DNA from: an uncultured Chloroflexia bacterium
GTDB lineage: Bacteria; Chloroflexota; Chloroflexia; QHBQ01; JADMIH01
Direction of reading: 5' to 3'
Length of the DNA: 64,000 nt
NCBI GenBank assembly: GCA_963797095.1
Contig: CAWCNY010000003.1
Coordinates: 1 to 64,000 of the forward strand
Part shown: piece by piece, positions 1 to 10,579 of the stretch
Layout: the number at the start of each line of letters is the position of its first letter
How positions within the stretch are numbered: the stretch's first letter is position 1
The notes under the pieces: model-generated
What the model saw: only the letters and a program-made list of their open reading frames with translations
Told to the model about the DNA's origin: nothing
Database searches by the model: none
Program-made: the position numbers and the translations under genes

Positions 1-624
1 GCAAGAGCCACCCATCAGAGCTATGTGGCGGAGGTCGGCTCGATGGAGCGGGCAGGAAAGCGGTTGAGTGCTGAAGCATGGAGGAGAGGGATAGGTCCTG
101 AGGAGCAGGTTGTATGTCTGGGAGATGGGGCACCCACCAACTGGATACAGTTCGATGAGCACTTTGCCAACAGAGTAGAGGTACTCGACTGGTATCACGC
201 CATGGAGCACCTGTGGCAAGCAGGTAATGGTATCTTCGGGCAGGGCACACCAGACGCCGCAAGATGGGTGAAGCGTTGGGAGAAGGAATTATGGGAGGGA
301 AGGGTAGAAGCAGTCATTGTGGCTCTACACAGAGAGAGCAAACGTGAAGGGGAGGCGGGAGAAGCGGCACGAGAGCAGATTCATTACTTCCAGACGAACA
401 AAGAGAGGATGCGCTACTCCGAGTACCGGGCATTGGGCTTCCCAGTTGGTTCAGGCACGGTGGAGAGTGCATGCAAGCGGCTGATTGGTGCCCGTCTCAA
501 GGGAGCAGGCATGTGTTGGAGCAAACCAGGAGCACAAGGGGTGCTGACACTGAGAGCCGAACTGCTCAGTGAGAGGTGGGAGCAATGCTGGCCCAAAACT
601 CGCCCTCTCAGAAAAGTCGCCTAA
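1..624 (+). CDS. ISKra4/UPF0236-type transposase, C-terminal part (5' end outside window)
   Basis: Motifs GDGA..W, LDWYHA.EHL and PVGSGTVESACK...RLKGAGM.W, also present in the complete element at 55050-56611. Probable right end ...GCGCACCC at 640. Confidence 0.85.
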   Translation, partial: ARATHQSYVAEVGSMERAGKRLSAEAWRRGIGPEEQVVCLGDGAPTNWIQFDEHFANRVEVLDWYHAMEHLWQAGNGIFGQGTPDAARWVKRWEKELWEGRVEAVIVALHRESKREGEAGEAAREQIHYFQTNKERMRYSEYRALGFPVGSGTVESACKRLIGARLKGAGMCWSKPGAQGVLTLRAELLSERWEQCWPKTRPLRKVA

Positions 625-640
625 ACGATGGCGCGCACCC

Positions 641-903
641 CACGAGGGGTGGCAGGTTGACGGCGTTGAAGGATCCGCAATTGTTGACGCAGAAGCAGGA
701 TCTGGAGATCTTTGTGGCGCTCAGAGCAGCGGCTGACAGTGAACAGGTCAAGGAACATCGAAACGAGTTGAGCGATTAGCATGAAAATCATACTAAAGCA
801 TACTGTAGGAAGTACAGAAGTCCTGTCGACCTCTGAGCCACGCAGCCTTCAGCTATGGATCTGAGCGGGTTGCAGAGCCCGGACGCCAAAACCGCACACT
901 ACA
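641..903. mobile_element. Terminal fragment of another IS-like element nested in an ISKra4 transposase
   Basis: Ends ...ACCGCACACTACA at 903 (reads TGTAGTGTGC inward, resembling the IS3 end TGTAGTGCGC at 4371). ISKra4-like protein sequence resumes at about 904. Confidence 0.45.
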
Positions 904-1967
904 GGGTGAGCACAGCGACGTTGTCTGCGCAGGTAGCACGGGTAGCTGATAGGGCAGAGAGCGAGCTAGGCGAGGAGCAGCCGATGTTCGTCGAAGGGTG
1001 CCCAGCCATGTGGGCTGCCTTGCCGGAACCAGATGCACCGATCACGGTCGGACTGGATGGCGGATACGTGCATGCACGCGAAGGCAAGAACCGCAAAGCC
1101 GGTTGCTTCGAGGTGATCGTGGGCAAGAGCATGCCTGGGGACGCAGAGGGGCCAAATCGTCGTTTTGGGTACGTGAATGGTGAAGACAGGAAACCGAAGC
1201 GGCGTTTGTATGAGTTGTTGAAGGCGCAAGGCATGCAAGAGAACCAGCAAATGATCTTTATCTCGGACGGAGGGGACACGGTTCGTGACTTACCGATGTA
1301 TCTGAACCCACACTCTGAGCACCTACTTGACTGGTTTCATGTCGCGATGCGCATAACGGTGCTCGGGCAGTTGGCGAAGGGCATTCCTAAACACGTTCCT
1401 GAACAGCCTCCCAAGCACATTTCCAAGGGCGTACCCTATAAGCAGAAGGAGCCATGCAACAGGGCAGCCTGGGATGCTCAGGATGAAGACGAAGAGGAAG
1501 GTGCAGGTCGGACGCCACAGGAATTGACCGAGCAGTTGGAAAGGGTGAAATGGTACTTGTGGCATGGGAACGTGTTCATGGCATTGCAGTTGATAGAAGA
1601 GTTGGAAGAAGATGCCGAGGTGTTGGCGGACAGGAGTGTAACAAGGGTAGCAGGGAAGAAGCTGGCGAAAGCAGTGAGTGAATTCTGGGGCTACATCAGT
1701 GCCAACCGGGCATTCATTGTGAATTACGGTGATCGCTACCGAAATGGAGAGAGGATCTCATCAGCCTTCGTAGAGTCGACGGTCAACGAGGTGATAAGCA
1801 CACGATTTGAGAAGAAGCAATCGATGAGGTGGACGAAGCGGGGAGCTCACGACCTGTTGCAAGTACGGGTGCGAGTGCTGGACGGTGAATGGAGGCGAAG
1901 CTATGAGCGATGGTATCCAAGCATGAGGGAGGCGAGCCAGGTGGTAGAGGAGCAGCGCGCCGCATGA
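904..1967 (+). pseudogene. ISKra4 family transposase, N-terminally disrupted
   Basis: PDAPITVGLDGGYV, SDGGDTVR, LDWFHVAMR and ISSAFVESTVN motifs. Probable element right end near 2005 (CCCCCGATTTTGAATGGGTTCC). Confidence 0.85.
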
Positions 1968-2005
1968 TCGCCTGCACGACCTGCCCCCGATTTTGAATGG
2001 GTTCC

Positions 2006-2105
2006 AGATAGTTGGACAGATGCCATCCAGGCTCACTTTCAGGTGGTGAATGGTAGTCCTTTCAGGCGTTGGCTCGTGCGTTGGCTCGGGTGTCTTCTTA
2101 GGCAT
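2006..2105 (-). pseudogene. Plasmid pRiA4b ORF-3 family protein, N-terminal stub cut by the ISKra4 end
   Basis: MPKK...IHHLKVSLDGICPTIW matches the family start (LKVxL.gi.PpIWRR). Similarity stops at the IS end. Purine-rich RBS upstream. Confidence 0.6.
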
Positions 2106-2147
2106 TAATCCCCTATCCCCCCTACCTTGTGGAGTTCAGCTTTCGCT

Positions 2148-3380
2148 CTAGTCCTCGGAAGGTGTCTCTGGTCTTTCCCCCTCTCCGTCTGCCTCTCCCC
2201 GTTCCATTTCCCCTCCAAGCTCAGACTCAAGCTCCTCCAGTTCCGCCACTGTGGGGAGGCTACTGCTCAGTGGGGCGGGCAGTTCGGGTAGGAGATTGAG
2301 CAAGTACTCGGACACGCTAATGGGTTTAGTCATGTCCCTCAGTGCGTATTCGACGATGAGACGATCGCGACTCTTGCACAGAATGATACCGATGCTGGGT
2401 CCATCGGTTGGGTTGCGGAGTTGGTCGTCCACCGCCGACAGGTAGAAGTTCATCTTTCCGGCGTACTCAGGCTCGAACTCCCCCGGCTTCAGTTCTATTA
2501 CGACAAAGCAGCGCAGGTGCAGGTGATAGAAAAGGATGTCCAGCCTATACTCACGGCCCTGGACCTCGAGCGGATACTCGCTGCCCACATAAGCGAACCC
2601 CTTGCCCAGTTCCAGCAAGAATTCGCGGATGTGAGCGATCAGTCCACGGTGCAATTCACGCTCCTGCGCCCGTTGGGTCAGGGTCAGGAAGTCAAAGTTG
2701 TAGGGGTCTTTGAGAAGCTGGCGTGTCAGATCGGAGTCAGGCGGCGGCAACACAGAGGCGAAGTTGTCGAGGGCTTTGCCCTGGCGGTGGTAGAGTCCGC
2801 TCTCTATTTGATGCATCAGTATATTGCGGCTCCAACCATTCTCGATAGTCTTGCGGATGTACCAGGCTCGCTCGGCCGGGTCTTTGACGGCGTCGAGTAA
2901 GGAGACATTGTGGCCCCAGGGAATTTGTGCAACGGCCTCTTGCACAAATGCCTCATCCGGGTAGGCATCGGCCAGAGCGCGCATGTAGTGAAGGTTGCGG
3001 CGCGAAAAGCCACTCATTCCGGGGAAAGATCGGCGTAGATCTGCGGCCAGCTGATCGATCACCTTGCCGCCCCAACCTCGTTCCTGCTGCCGGTGAAGAA
3101 CATCGCGCCCTATATGCCAGTAAAGGAGCACCAGTTCACGATTTACGGAAAGCGCCGCCCGAATCTGCGCCTCCTGAATCCGTTGCTTGATCTCGACCAG
3201 GAACTCCTGATAGCCGCTGGCCGCTAGCTCTTTCTCTAGCTTTCTCTCCATCTCTGGCACATTCGCCGCCATCAGGGACAGATTGTTTTCTCTGTCTTTC
3301 CTGTCTTCTCTGCGCTTGCTCCTTGCCTCATGCCTGAGATTGGGATTGGGTTCGGGCTTGGAGTTGCCGTCGGGCATCAT
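2148..3380 (-). CDS. YhcG/DUF1016 PD-(D/E)XK nuclease-domain protein
   Basis: VNRELVLLYWHIG, GFSRRNL.YMR, KDPYNFDFL, LELGKGFAYVG, VVIELK and GKMNFYLSAVD motifs. Start uncertain. Confidence 0.9.
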   Translation of the reverse strand: MMPDGNSKPEPNPNLRHEARSKRREDRKDRENNLSLMAANVPEMERKLEKELAASGYQEFLVEIKQRIQEAQIRAALSVNRELVLLYWHIGRDVLHRQQERGWGGKVIDQLAADLRRSFPGMSGFSRRNLHYMRALADAYPDEAFVQEAVAQIPWGHNVSLLDAVKDPAERAWYIRKTIENGWSRNILMHQIESGLYHRQGKALDNFASVLPPPDSDLTRQLLKDPYNFDFLTLTQRAQERELHRGLIAHIREFLLELGKGFAYVGSEYPLEVQGREYRLDILFYHLHLRCFVVIELKPGEFEPEYAGKMNFYLSAVDDQLRNPTDGPSIGIILCKSRDRLIVEYALRDMTKPISVSEYLLNLLPELPAPLSSSLPTVAELEELESELGGEMERGEADGEGERPETPSED

Positions 3381-4449
3381 TATCTTCCCTCTTTCTCTGC
3401 TGTCTATCTATCTCGGCAGGATTACAGTATATCGCAGGTTTGGACAGAGCCAGGGCATAATACCCAACGCACAGGATACCAGGATAGACCTGCGAGCGAA
3501 AGGAGACCCACCTCACATGACTCGTGGGGTGGGAGGCGCGCTTCAGGAGAGCTTTGCCGTTTCGAGCTAGAGATCTCGCCGGATACCTCAGACCCTTATG
3601 TCTTCTCCATCGTCGTACATTACCTAACTTCGCCTTATCTTGTTATTTCACCCGCTGCTTTTCTGACTGCCTTCTCGAGGTCTCGAAGGCTTGGTCTGGT
3701 GTATATCCTGGTGGTGTCCAGGCTCTCGTGCCCAAGGAGTGTAGCCACTTGGTCGAGAGGGATGCCTGCATCAACCAGGTTCTTGGCGAACGTATGGCGA
3801 AGGGTGTGAGCGGTGCAGTTCTCCAGACGAGCTTGATATGCGTACTTCCTCACCAGGTAGTCTATGCCTCGCTCGTTGAGCGGCCCTCTTTGTCCTACGA
3901 AGAGTGGACCTTTGGGCTGCTGGCTTCTGGCTTTACTGGAATTACCTGAAGGTCGCTTACGTCCGGACAACTGTTGCTCAGGCATTTGCTCAGGGAGTCG
4001 GAGTTGCTTTTTGCGTTTCTCGATGTAGCGAAGGAGTGCGGATCGCGTTCGGTTATCCAGGGGCACAACCCTGCTCTTGCCGCCTTTGCCCTCCCTGACC
4101 CGCACTAGCCCCTTGCGCTCGGTGACCTCCACATCTTCAATCCTGAGATTGGCAAGCTCAGAGATGCGAAGCCCTGTGCCAAGCAGGGTTTGAATGACGG
4201 CCAGATCTCGTATCGCGCTACTGATATTACTACCAGTATTGTCATCGCCCCTCTCGCTCCCGCCGCCGTTATCACTACCCTGATTGGCGCCGGTATGCTT
4301 GCCAGCCTGGCCAGATTGGCCAATCTGCTCAGTTTGACTCCCCTTACGCACGGCGCGCAGCAACGCAAGCTGTAGTGCGCCCCGGGACTTGGACACAGCG
4401 GATAATCAATGTCGTATGATGGTCCAAGAACGGAAAGGAGCGCAACAAG

Positions 4450-4779
4450 ATGCCTCAGATGCAAAACCGACGGAGCTTCAGTGCCGAGTTCAAGGCGCAA
4501 GTGGTGCTTGAGATACTGACAGGAGCCAAGAGCGTAGCCCAAGCGGCCCGCGAGTACTCCATCAAGCCCGAATTGCTGTCCAGATGGAAAGCCGATTTCG
4601 TGGCAAGTGCCCCCAAGCTCTTCGAGAACGGCCCTTCCGGACGAGTGGCCGACCCACAAGCAGAACGGATAGCCGAGTTGGAGAGGCTGGTTGGACGCAT
4701 GACTCTGGAGATGGAAATCCTAAAAAAGGGGTCTGCGATCTTGAATGCAGAGCTGAGCAGAAAAGGCGGGCAGTCGTGA
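4450..4779 (+). CDS. IS3 OrfA (HTH)
   Basis: RRSFSAEFKAQVV...W...ERIAELER. A-AAA-AAG slippery site at 4722-4728 leads into the -1 frame OrfB. Confidence 0.9.
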   Translation: MPQMQNRRSFSAEFKAQVVLEILTGAKSVAQAAREYSIKPELLSRWKADFVASAPKLFENGPSGRVADPQAERIAELERLVGRMTLEMEILKKGSAILNAELSRKGGQS

Positions 4780-5732
4780 AGCTCGTTCAAGAGGAGAGCT
4801 ACCCGGTACAGCTGGTTTGCCGTCTGCTGGACTACCCTCGCAGCAGCTACTACCATTACACTCAAGCTCAGACCACGTCTCGGGTCCAGAGTGCGCCAGA
4901 CCAAGAGGTAAAAGAGGCCATCCAAGCGGTTGCTGACCGCTGGTCTACCTATGGATACAGGCGCATCACCCATCAGCTACGCAGAAGCAAGGAAGCGGGT
5001 GGGTACGAGCTTCGGGCCAACCACAAGCGAGTGCGGCGGTTGATGCGTGAGATGGGCCTGCAAGGACGCATCCCTCGCCGTAAGAAGCGCACGACCAATA
5101 GTGCCCACTCGTTCCCACGCTACCCCAACCTGGTAGAGGGGCTGGCGGTGGTGCGACCAGAGCAGCTTTGGGTCGGGGACATCACCTACGTGCGCCTCGG
5201 GAGCGAGTTTGTCTACTTGGCTGTGGTCATGGATGTGTTCACTCGCTCAATCCGTGGGTGGCACCTCTCGCGGTGGCTGGATGCTGACCTTACTGAAACG
5301 GCACTGCGGCGGGCACTGCTCGTTGGCACTCCTCAAATCCACCACTCCGACCAGGGAGTACAGTACGCGGCGGGTGGCTACGTGCAGATGCTGGTGGGAG
5401 CGGGAGTTGCCATCAGCATGGCTGAGGTGGGGCAGGCGTGGCAGAACGGGTACGCGGAACGGGTGATTCGAACCATCAAGGAAGAGGAGGTAGATTTATC
5501 GGAATACATCGACTACAATGATGCTTACCAGCAGATCGGGCGGTTCCTGGACGAGGTGTACCAGCACAAGCGGATACACTCATCGCTGGGGTACATGACC
5601 CCTGCTGAGTTCGAGGCGCAGTGGGTTCAGCGCAACCAGAGCTGCAACCAGGTATATCTGGGTGGTGGCGTGGGGAGCCAGGACGCACTCGCCGCTAGCC
5701 GGTCAGCCCAGCCGGTCGGGGCTATTGACTAA
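4776..5732 (+). CDS. IS3 OrfB (DDE integrase core)
   Basis: YGYRR, W.GDITY, HHSDQG.QY, N.YAER...TIKEE and HSSLGY.TP motifs. Confidence 0.92.
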   Translation: MKLVQEESYPVQLVCRLLDYPRSSYYHYTQAQTTSRVQSAPDQEVKEAIQAVADRWSTYGYRRITHQLRRSKEAGGYELRANHKRVRRLMREMGLQGRIPRRKKRTTNSAHSFPRYPNLVEGLAVVRPEQLWVGDITYVRLGSEFVYLAVVMDVFTRSIRGWHLSRWLDADLTETALRRALLVGTPQIHHSDQGVQYAAGGYVQMLVGAGVAISMAEVGQAWQNGYAERVIRTIKEEEVDLSEYIDYNDAYQQIGRFLDEVYQHKRIHSSLGYMTPAEFEAQWVQRNQSCNQVYLGGGVGSQDALAASRSAQPVGAID

Positions 5733-6302
5733 CCTAAGCCCCATTTGTGTCCAACACCAAGGGCGCAGTACAAGCTGTTCATTAGCGTCCAGCCATCTTG
5801 GGGCGACCTCTTGCTGGCCTTGTTCTCTGACGTAAACCCGCTCCAGCATTTCGAAAGGGCTCTCGTCAACCAGCTTCTGGTGGTGAGCCCATTTGAAGAA
5901 GCGGCGCAGCTAGATCAGCCTGCGGTTTACGGTCGCCGGGCTGACACCTGTTCGCAGCAGGTATCCTCGATACTCGGTAATGTCTCGCGGATCTACGGCC
6001 CGAGGAGAGATGTCCTCGCCGTTCGACGTGCGAAACCAGGCAGCGAAACTCTGTAGGTCTAGAAGATAGGCTCTGGTAGTGTGGTTGCTCTTGCCCGCAG
6101 TTTGCAGATACTCTCGATACTCATCGTACCCTTCAAACCTATGGTTCATATTCGCAGTCATCACCCTCGTCCTACGCTCAGGTTAAAGGGTTGGCATCGT
6201 CTCGTTTCGAGCCCTGAAGAATTATCTACACAGTTTTTCGGGCGATAGGTGTCGGTTGACGCCAGCCTTCACGCAGAGGATTTTACCACACTTGGGAGGA
6301 AC

Positions 6303-6342
6303 TGTGCAGATAACGTATCTTATCCACAGACGTTATCTGCAC
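6303..6342. promoter_or_regulatory. dif-like tyrosine recombinase core site / operator upstream of the recombinase
   Basis: 11-6-11 layout TGTGCAGATAA-CGTATC-TTATCCACAGA, plus a perfect 13-bp IR GTGCAGATAACGT (6304-6316) / ACGTTATCTGCAC (6330-6342). Confidence 0.55.
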
Positions 6343-6761
6343 GGATAGAGTTAGCGAGTGTCGCACGAAGCCTACTTTTTGGCGCTTACGTGACAAACTG
6401 CGAGCCATCAAGATAGAATTCGGTTTTGGGCCAGGGTTGGTGCCATGAGCCGGAGAACTCGAAAAGTGTCGAGTTGAGTACATTCCCCGTCGGCCCTCGA
6501 TGTTCAATTCGGTGATTTCCCAGCCGAGCTGCTTGTATCCGAGGCATATTTCTTAACAGCAGCTTTATGTCCGCGGCCCTATATTAGGTGTGATACGCCG
6601 CGCCTGCACATGTTCGTTCTTTCGCGGAGACCACGCGCGTCCTGCTATACTTTAGTCAATGCTATCCGTCGCTCCATTATTGCCCCGCGCATCGTCAGCC
6701 CGTCTCTGCGGCTAAGCACGGAGGTACGGTAACGAAACGAAGTTTCGCTAGAGGAGTTCGA

Positions 6762-7457
6762 ATGAGGATCCTGGTTATTGAGGATGAGGAAGATCTCGCA
6801 AGCGCTATAGCCAAGGGCTTGAGGAAGCAGGGATATGCCGTGGACACCGCCCTCGACGGCGAAGCCGGCTGGGAGGCAGCCGAGATTAACGATTATGATC
6901 TCCTCATTCTCGACCTGAACCTGCCCAGGCTTGACGGGCTAGAAGTCTGCCGCCGCTTGCGCGCCACGCGTTCAGGTCTCCTTATATTGATGCTGACGGC
7001 CCGCATCCATCCCAGCCAGCGCATTGAAGGTCTCGACCTAGGCGCCGATGATTATCTGGTCAAACCTTTCCACTGGGGAGAATTGATGGCCAGAGTGCGG
7101 GCACTACTACGCAGGAAAACTCAGGACGGCAAGCTGTTGCTATCGTGTGGTGACTTGACACTTGATCCAACAGCACAAGTAGCTGCCATTGGTAACCGCC
7201 AGCTACAGTTGACCGGCAAGGAGTTCAGCATCCTAGAATACCTGATGCGGCACTCAGGGAAAGTTATCGGCCAGCAGGAGTTGCTAGACCACATTTGGGA
7301 CGGTTCGGCAAACGCGTTTACAAATGCGGTTCGCGTTCACATTAACTCGCTGCGACGCAAGCTTGAAGAAGATGCTAAGAGCCCGAAGTATATTGAGACG
7401 GTAATTGGCAGAGGGTATCGAATGAGAGCTGATACCACCGCGTCGGCGGAATCGTAG
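6762..7457 (+). CDS. OmpR/PhoB family response regulator
   Basis: MRILVIEDE, LDLNLP, GADDYLVKPF and wHTH (VRVHINSLRRKL, IETVIGRGY). GAGGAG RBS. Confidence 0.95.
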   Translation: MRILVIEDEEDLASAIAKGLRKQGYAVDTALDGEAGWEAAEINDYDLLILDLNLPRLDGLEVCRRLRATRSGLLILMLTARIHPSQRIEGLDLGADDYLVKPFHWGELMARVRALLRRKTQDGKLLLSCGDLTLDPTAQVAAIGNRQLQLTGKEFSILEYLMRHSGKVIGQQELLDHIWDGSANAFTNAVRVHINSLRRKLEEDAKSPKYIETVIGRGYRMRADTTASAES

Positions 7458-7458
7458 T

Positions 7459-7997
7459 ATGAATGGCGACACGAGCAATAGCAACAGCTCTCCTTTGCCG
7501 TCGCTGCCAGCGACGAAGATCAAGGACGGGTTGAAAAACAGGCGGCTTACTTTGCAAGTCCGTCTGGCCTTGCTTACTGGCTTGTTGCTCAGCATTCTTA
7601 GTGTCGCGCTCGTGCTTTTTATCAATGTGACCGCGACTGTGACGGCACCGACTACCGAAGATGCTGGTCTACCCTGGAACATCGGGCACGGTGACAACAG
7701 TGACAAAAGTGGCAACAGTGCGGAAGCGTCACCAATACTTACACTGACAGCAGGAAATGGGGGCGTGGGAAACGGAGGCACACAGACTGTCCAGACTAGA
7801 CAGCAGGTGGGCACCGAGGTCGCGACCACGCCGACGCCAATACCGTTGTCCAGCACGTCTCCCCAGGTGGTCAGTGCCTCAGACACAGTTCTCATCCGAC
7901 AGGAGGTGCTGGGGCGGCTGCAATTCATCTCCGTTGTAGGTCTCGGCCTGGTAGTCCTTATAGGGAGCCTTGGTGCTTACTGGGTAGCGCGGAAGGG
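7459..7997 (+). pseudogene. Sensor histidine kinase, N-terminal 2-TM part only
   Basis: Adjacent to the response regulator, with two hydrophobic helices. It ends at AYWVARKG, where HAMP would begin, exactly at the transposon left end. Confidence 0.75.
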
Positions 7998-8152
7998 TGT
8001 AAAGTTGGAAATTAAGTGGCACGATTTCTTGTGGATTATCTGTCAGTAGTTTGACTGGTGTAGTACACTGCCGACAAGAGCAAGCAAATCATTGATCAAA
8101 ACGGTTCTTCTCTTCGCCTGAGGTTCCCAGATGTCGTCATCGCCTCTTACGT

Positions 8153-9709
8153 TTGGTACTTCTGACCATGGATAATATGGGTGCTAATGATCTCGGTAGT
8201 GCTGATGACGTTCATGGCGCTGATGCTACAGCGTTGCCAGTGTTGCCAGCGTTGACATACCTGACGGAAGTAGAACGTAACAAGGCCTTCACCCGCTTCC
8301 AACTGCTTCGCCCCTTCCTTGAGGATGGAGTACCCCTAGCCGCCCTGTCCAGCCAGCACCAACTACCATTACGCACTATGCACCGCTGGGCTGCACGCTA
8401 CCAGCAGCAGGGTCTCATCGGCTTGGCTCGCAAGAGCCGTGCAGATCGTGGGCAGCACCGCCGTTGCGTTCCCGATCTGGTTCGTCTCATCGAAGGATTG
8501 GCTCTCCAAGCTCCACCCCCTACCACCGCTTTTGTACATCGTCAGGTCTGCTCTGTCGCTACCCAGCACGGGTGGCCGCTGCCAAGCTATGACACTGTTT
8601 ATGAAGTCATCCGCCGCCTCGATCCCGGCTTGCGCACACTCGCGCACGAGGGCGCCAAGGTCTACCAGGAAGCATTCGACTTGCTGTATAGGCGGGAAGC
8701 CACACGTCCCAACGAGATGTGGCAAGCCGATCACTGCCTCTTGGATATATGGGTGCTCGACCCCTCAGGTAAGCCCCGGCGCCCCTGGTTGAGCGTGATA
8801 TTGGACGATTACAGCCGGGCAGTTGCAGGCTACCTGCTCGGTTTTCAGGCGCCCTCAGCTCTGCAGACGGCTTTGGCTCTACACCAGGCCATCTGGCGCA
8901 AGGGATTACGCTGCGCTCCATAGGCCCGCTGGCACGTCTGCGGTATTCCCGACATCTTCTACACCGACCACGGCAGCGATTTCATCTCCCGTCATATGGA
9001 GCAGGTGAGCGCCGACATCAAGATGCAACTGGTCTTCTCTCACCCTGGTCGCCCACGTGGTCGGGGAAGGATCGAGCGCTTCTTCAACACGGTCAATCAA
9101 CTCTTTCTTTGCGCTCAGCCTGGCTACACTCCCCCTAAAACGCCAGCCGCTACTCCCATCCTGACGTTGGCAGAGTTGGAGACCAACTGGCGCACGTTTC
9201 TGCTTGAGGAATACCACCAGCGCACGCATAGCGAGACTGGTCAGCCGCCCCAAGCTCGCTGGGGAGCAGGAGGTTGGCTGCCTAGACTGCCGGAATCGCT
9301 GGAGCAACTCGATTTGCTTTTGCTGACCGTAGCCACCCAGCGTCGAGTGCATCAAGATGGCATTCGCTTCCAGGGATTGCGCTACCTGGACCTGACACTG
9401 GCAGGCTATGTAGGCGAAGATGTAACCATTCGCTATGATCCCCGCGACATGGCGGAGATTCGGGTTTATCACCAGGAGCAATTTGTGTGCCGGGCGGTGT
9501 GCCAGGAGATAGCTGAGCAGACGCTGAGCCTGAAGGAGATCATCGCCGCCCGCCGCCAGCGGCGAAAGGAGTTGCGCGAGCAACTTTCGAGCCGACAGAT
9601 GGCTGTGAAGTTGCTGCTGGAAGTACATCAGCCGCAGCCACCAGCGGAACTTGCCGAACCATCAGCTGAACCATCCGCACCACGCTTGAAGCGCTACTAC
9701 AATGAATAA
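8153..9709 (+). pseudogene. Mu/TnsB/TniA-like DDE transposase with in-frame TAG at 8921-8923
   Basis: WQADH, ILDDYSR, YTDHGSDF, GRIERFF and IRYDPRD motifs. ORFs 8153-8923 and 8996-9709 are in the same frame. Confidence 0.85.
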
Positions 9710-9721
9710 TGCGAATGAGTA

Positions 9722-10579
9722 ATGCACACAGTACTTATGAATATGAATATGAATATGAATGCTAACGCACTAGGGACAGGAGTGGGGACGGGGGCAGCAG
9801 CTTTTACCCCTGCTGCCCCGACGAGTGCGAGTTTCATTGTGACCAAAGAACATCGTCGGTTCGCGGAGTTCTGCGATGCGTGCAGACGGCAGCGATACAT
9901 CGGGCTGTGCCACGGGTCGCCTGGAGTGGGCAAAACGTTGTCTGCGAATTACTACAGTAAAAGCACTCCGGAGGGCAACGGTCCTCATGAGGGTTTCCCG
10001 ATCCTGTACACGCCACCGGTGGCTAACAACCCAAGGCAGATTGCCAAGGATGTGAAGCGACTGCGTGATGAGGGGCGCTATCGAGGGCGAGTGGAACGTA
10101 CGAGGGACGAAGGAAAGCTTATATGGCCGCCACCCGATCGAACGGAGCTGCTGATCATCGACGAAGCTGACCGCTTGAGGATGGCGGGTTTGGAACAGTT
10201 GCGGGATATCTATGATCGAGGCGGCATGGGACTGGTACTGATAGGGATGCCTGGGCTTGAGAAGAGGTTGGCTCGTTTCCCACAGTTATATTCGCGGGTG
10301 GGGTTCGTGCATGGGTTTAGGGCATTGAGCCCGGCAGAGATGCACTTCATTCTGACGCAGAAGTGGGCAGAATTAGGGTGGACGTTGCGGGTAGACGATT
10401 TCACGGATACAGAAGCGGAGGCAGCTATCATCCGAATAACAGGGGGCAACTTCCGGCTGCTACAGCGGTTGTGGACACAAATCGAGAGGATACTGCAGAT
10501 AAACGAGATGCAGGTGGTGACAGCGGAAGTGGTGGAGGCAGCGCGGGAAAGCCTGGTGATTGGTATCGGCACCGAATAA
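9722..10579 (+). CDS. TniB/TnsC-like AAA ATPase
   Basis: GSPGVGKT Walker A, LLIIDEADRL Walker B and ITGGNFR. Confidence 0.88.
   Translation: MHTVLMNMNMNMNANALGTGVGTGAAAFTPAAPTSASFIVTKEHRRFAEFCDACRRQRYIGLCHGSPGVGKTLSANYYSKSTPEGNGPHEGFPILYTPPVANNPRQIAKDVKRLRDEGRYRGRVERTRDEGKLIWPPPDRTELLIIDEADRLRMAGLEQLRDIYDRGGMGLVLIGMPGLEKRLARFPQLYSRVGFVHGFRALSPAEMHFILTQKWAELGWTLRVDDFTDTEAEAAIIRITGGNFRLLQRLWTQIERILQINEMQVVTAEVVEAARESLVIGIGTE

Larger units (their letters stand above)
4371..5772 (+). mobile_element. IS3 family insertion sequence (1402 bp) with 3-bp TSD AGC
   Basis: Imperfect IRs TGTAGTGCGCCCCGGGACTTGGACACA / TGTGTCCAACACCAAGGGCGCAGTACA. AGC at 4368-4370 and 5773-5775. Confidence 0.92.
3635..6164 (-). 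pseudogene. XerC/D-like tyrosine recombinase interrupted by IS3 and by an in-frame TAG
   Basis: N-terminal SAM-like domain (SNHTTRAY, SPATVNRRL*LRRFFKW; TAG at 5910-5912). C-terminal GLRISE, GKGGKSR, HTLRH, LGH and IYT. Removing the IS and one TSD copy restores ...DANEQLALLRAV in frame. Confidence 0.88.

Noticed and set aside
6320-6328. Perfect DnaA box TTATCCACA as a replication origin
   Set aside because: Single perfect box, no AT-rich unwinding region and no rep/dnaA gene. It is better explained as one arm of the dif-like site.
5910-8923. In-frame TAG codons in the recombinase and transposase as stop-codon recoding or pyrrolysine
   Set aside because: TAG terminates many normal genes here (e.g. 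2148, 7457, 15933), no pyl genes are visible, and both genes lie in decaying mobile DNA.
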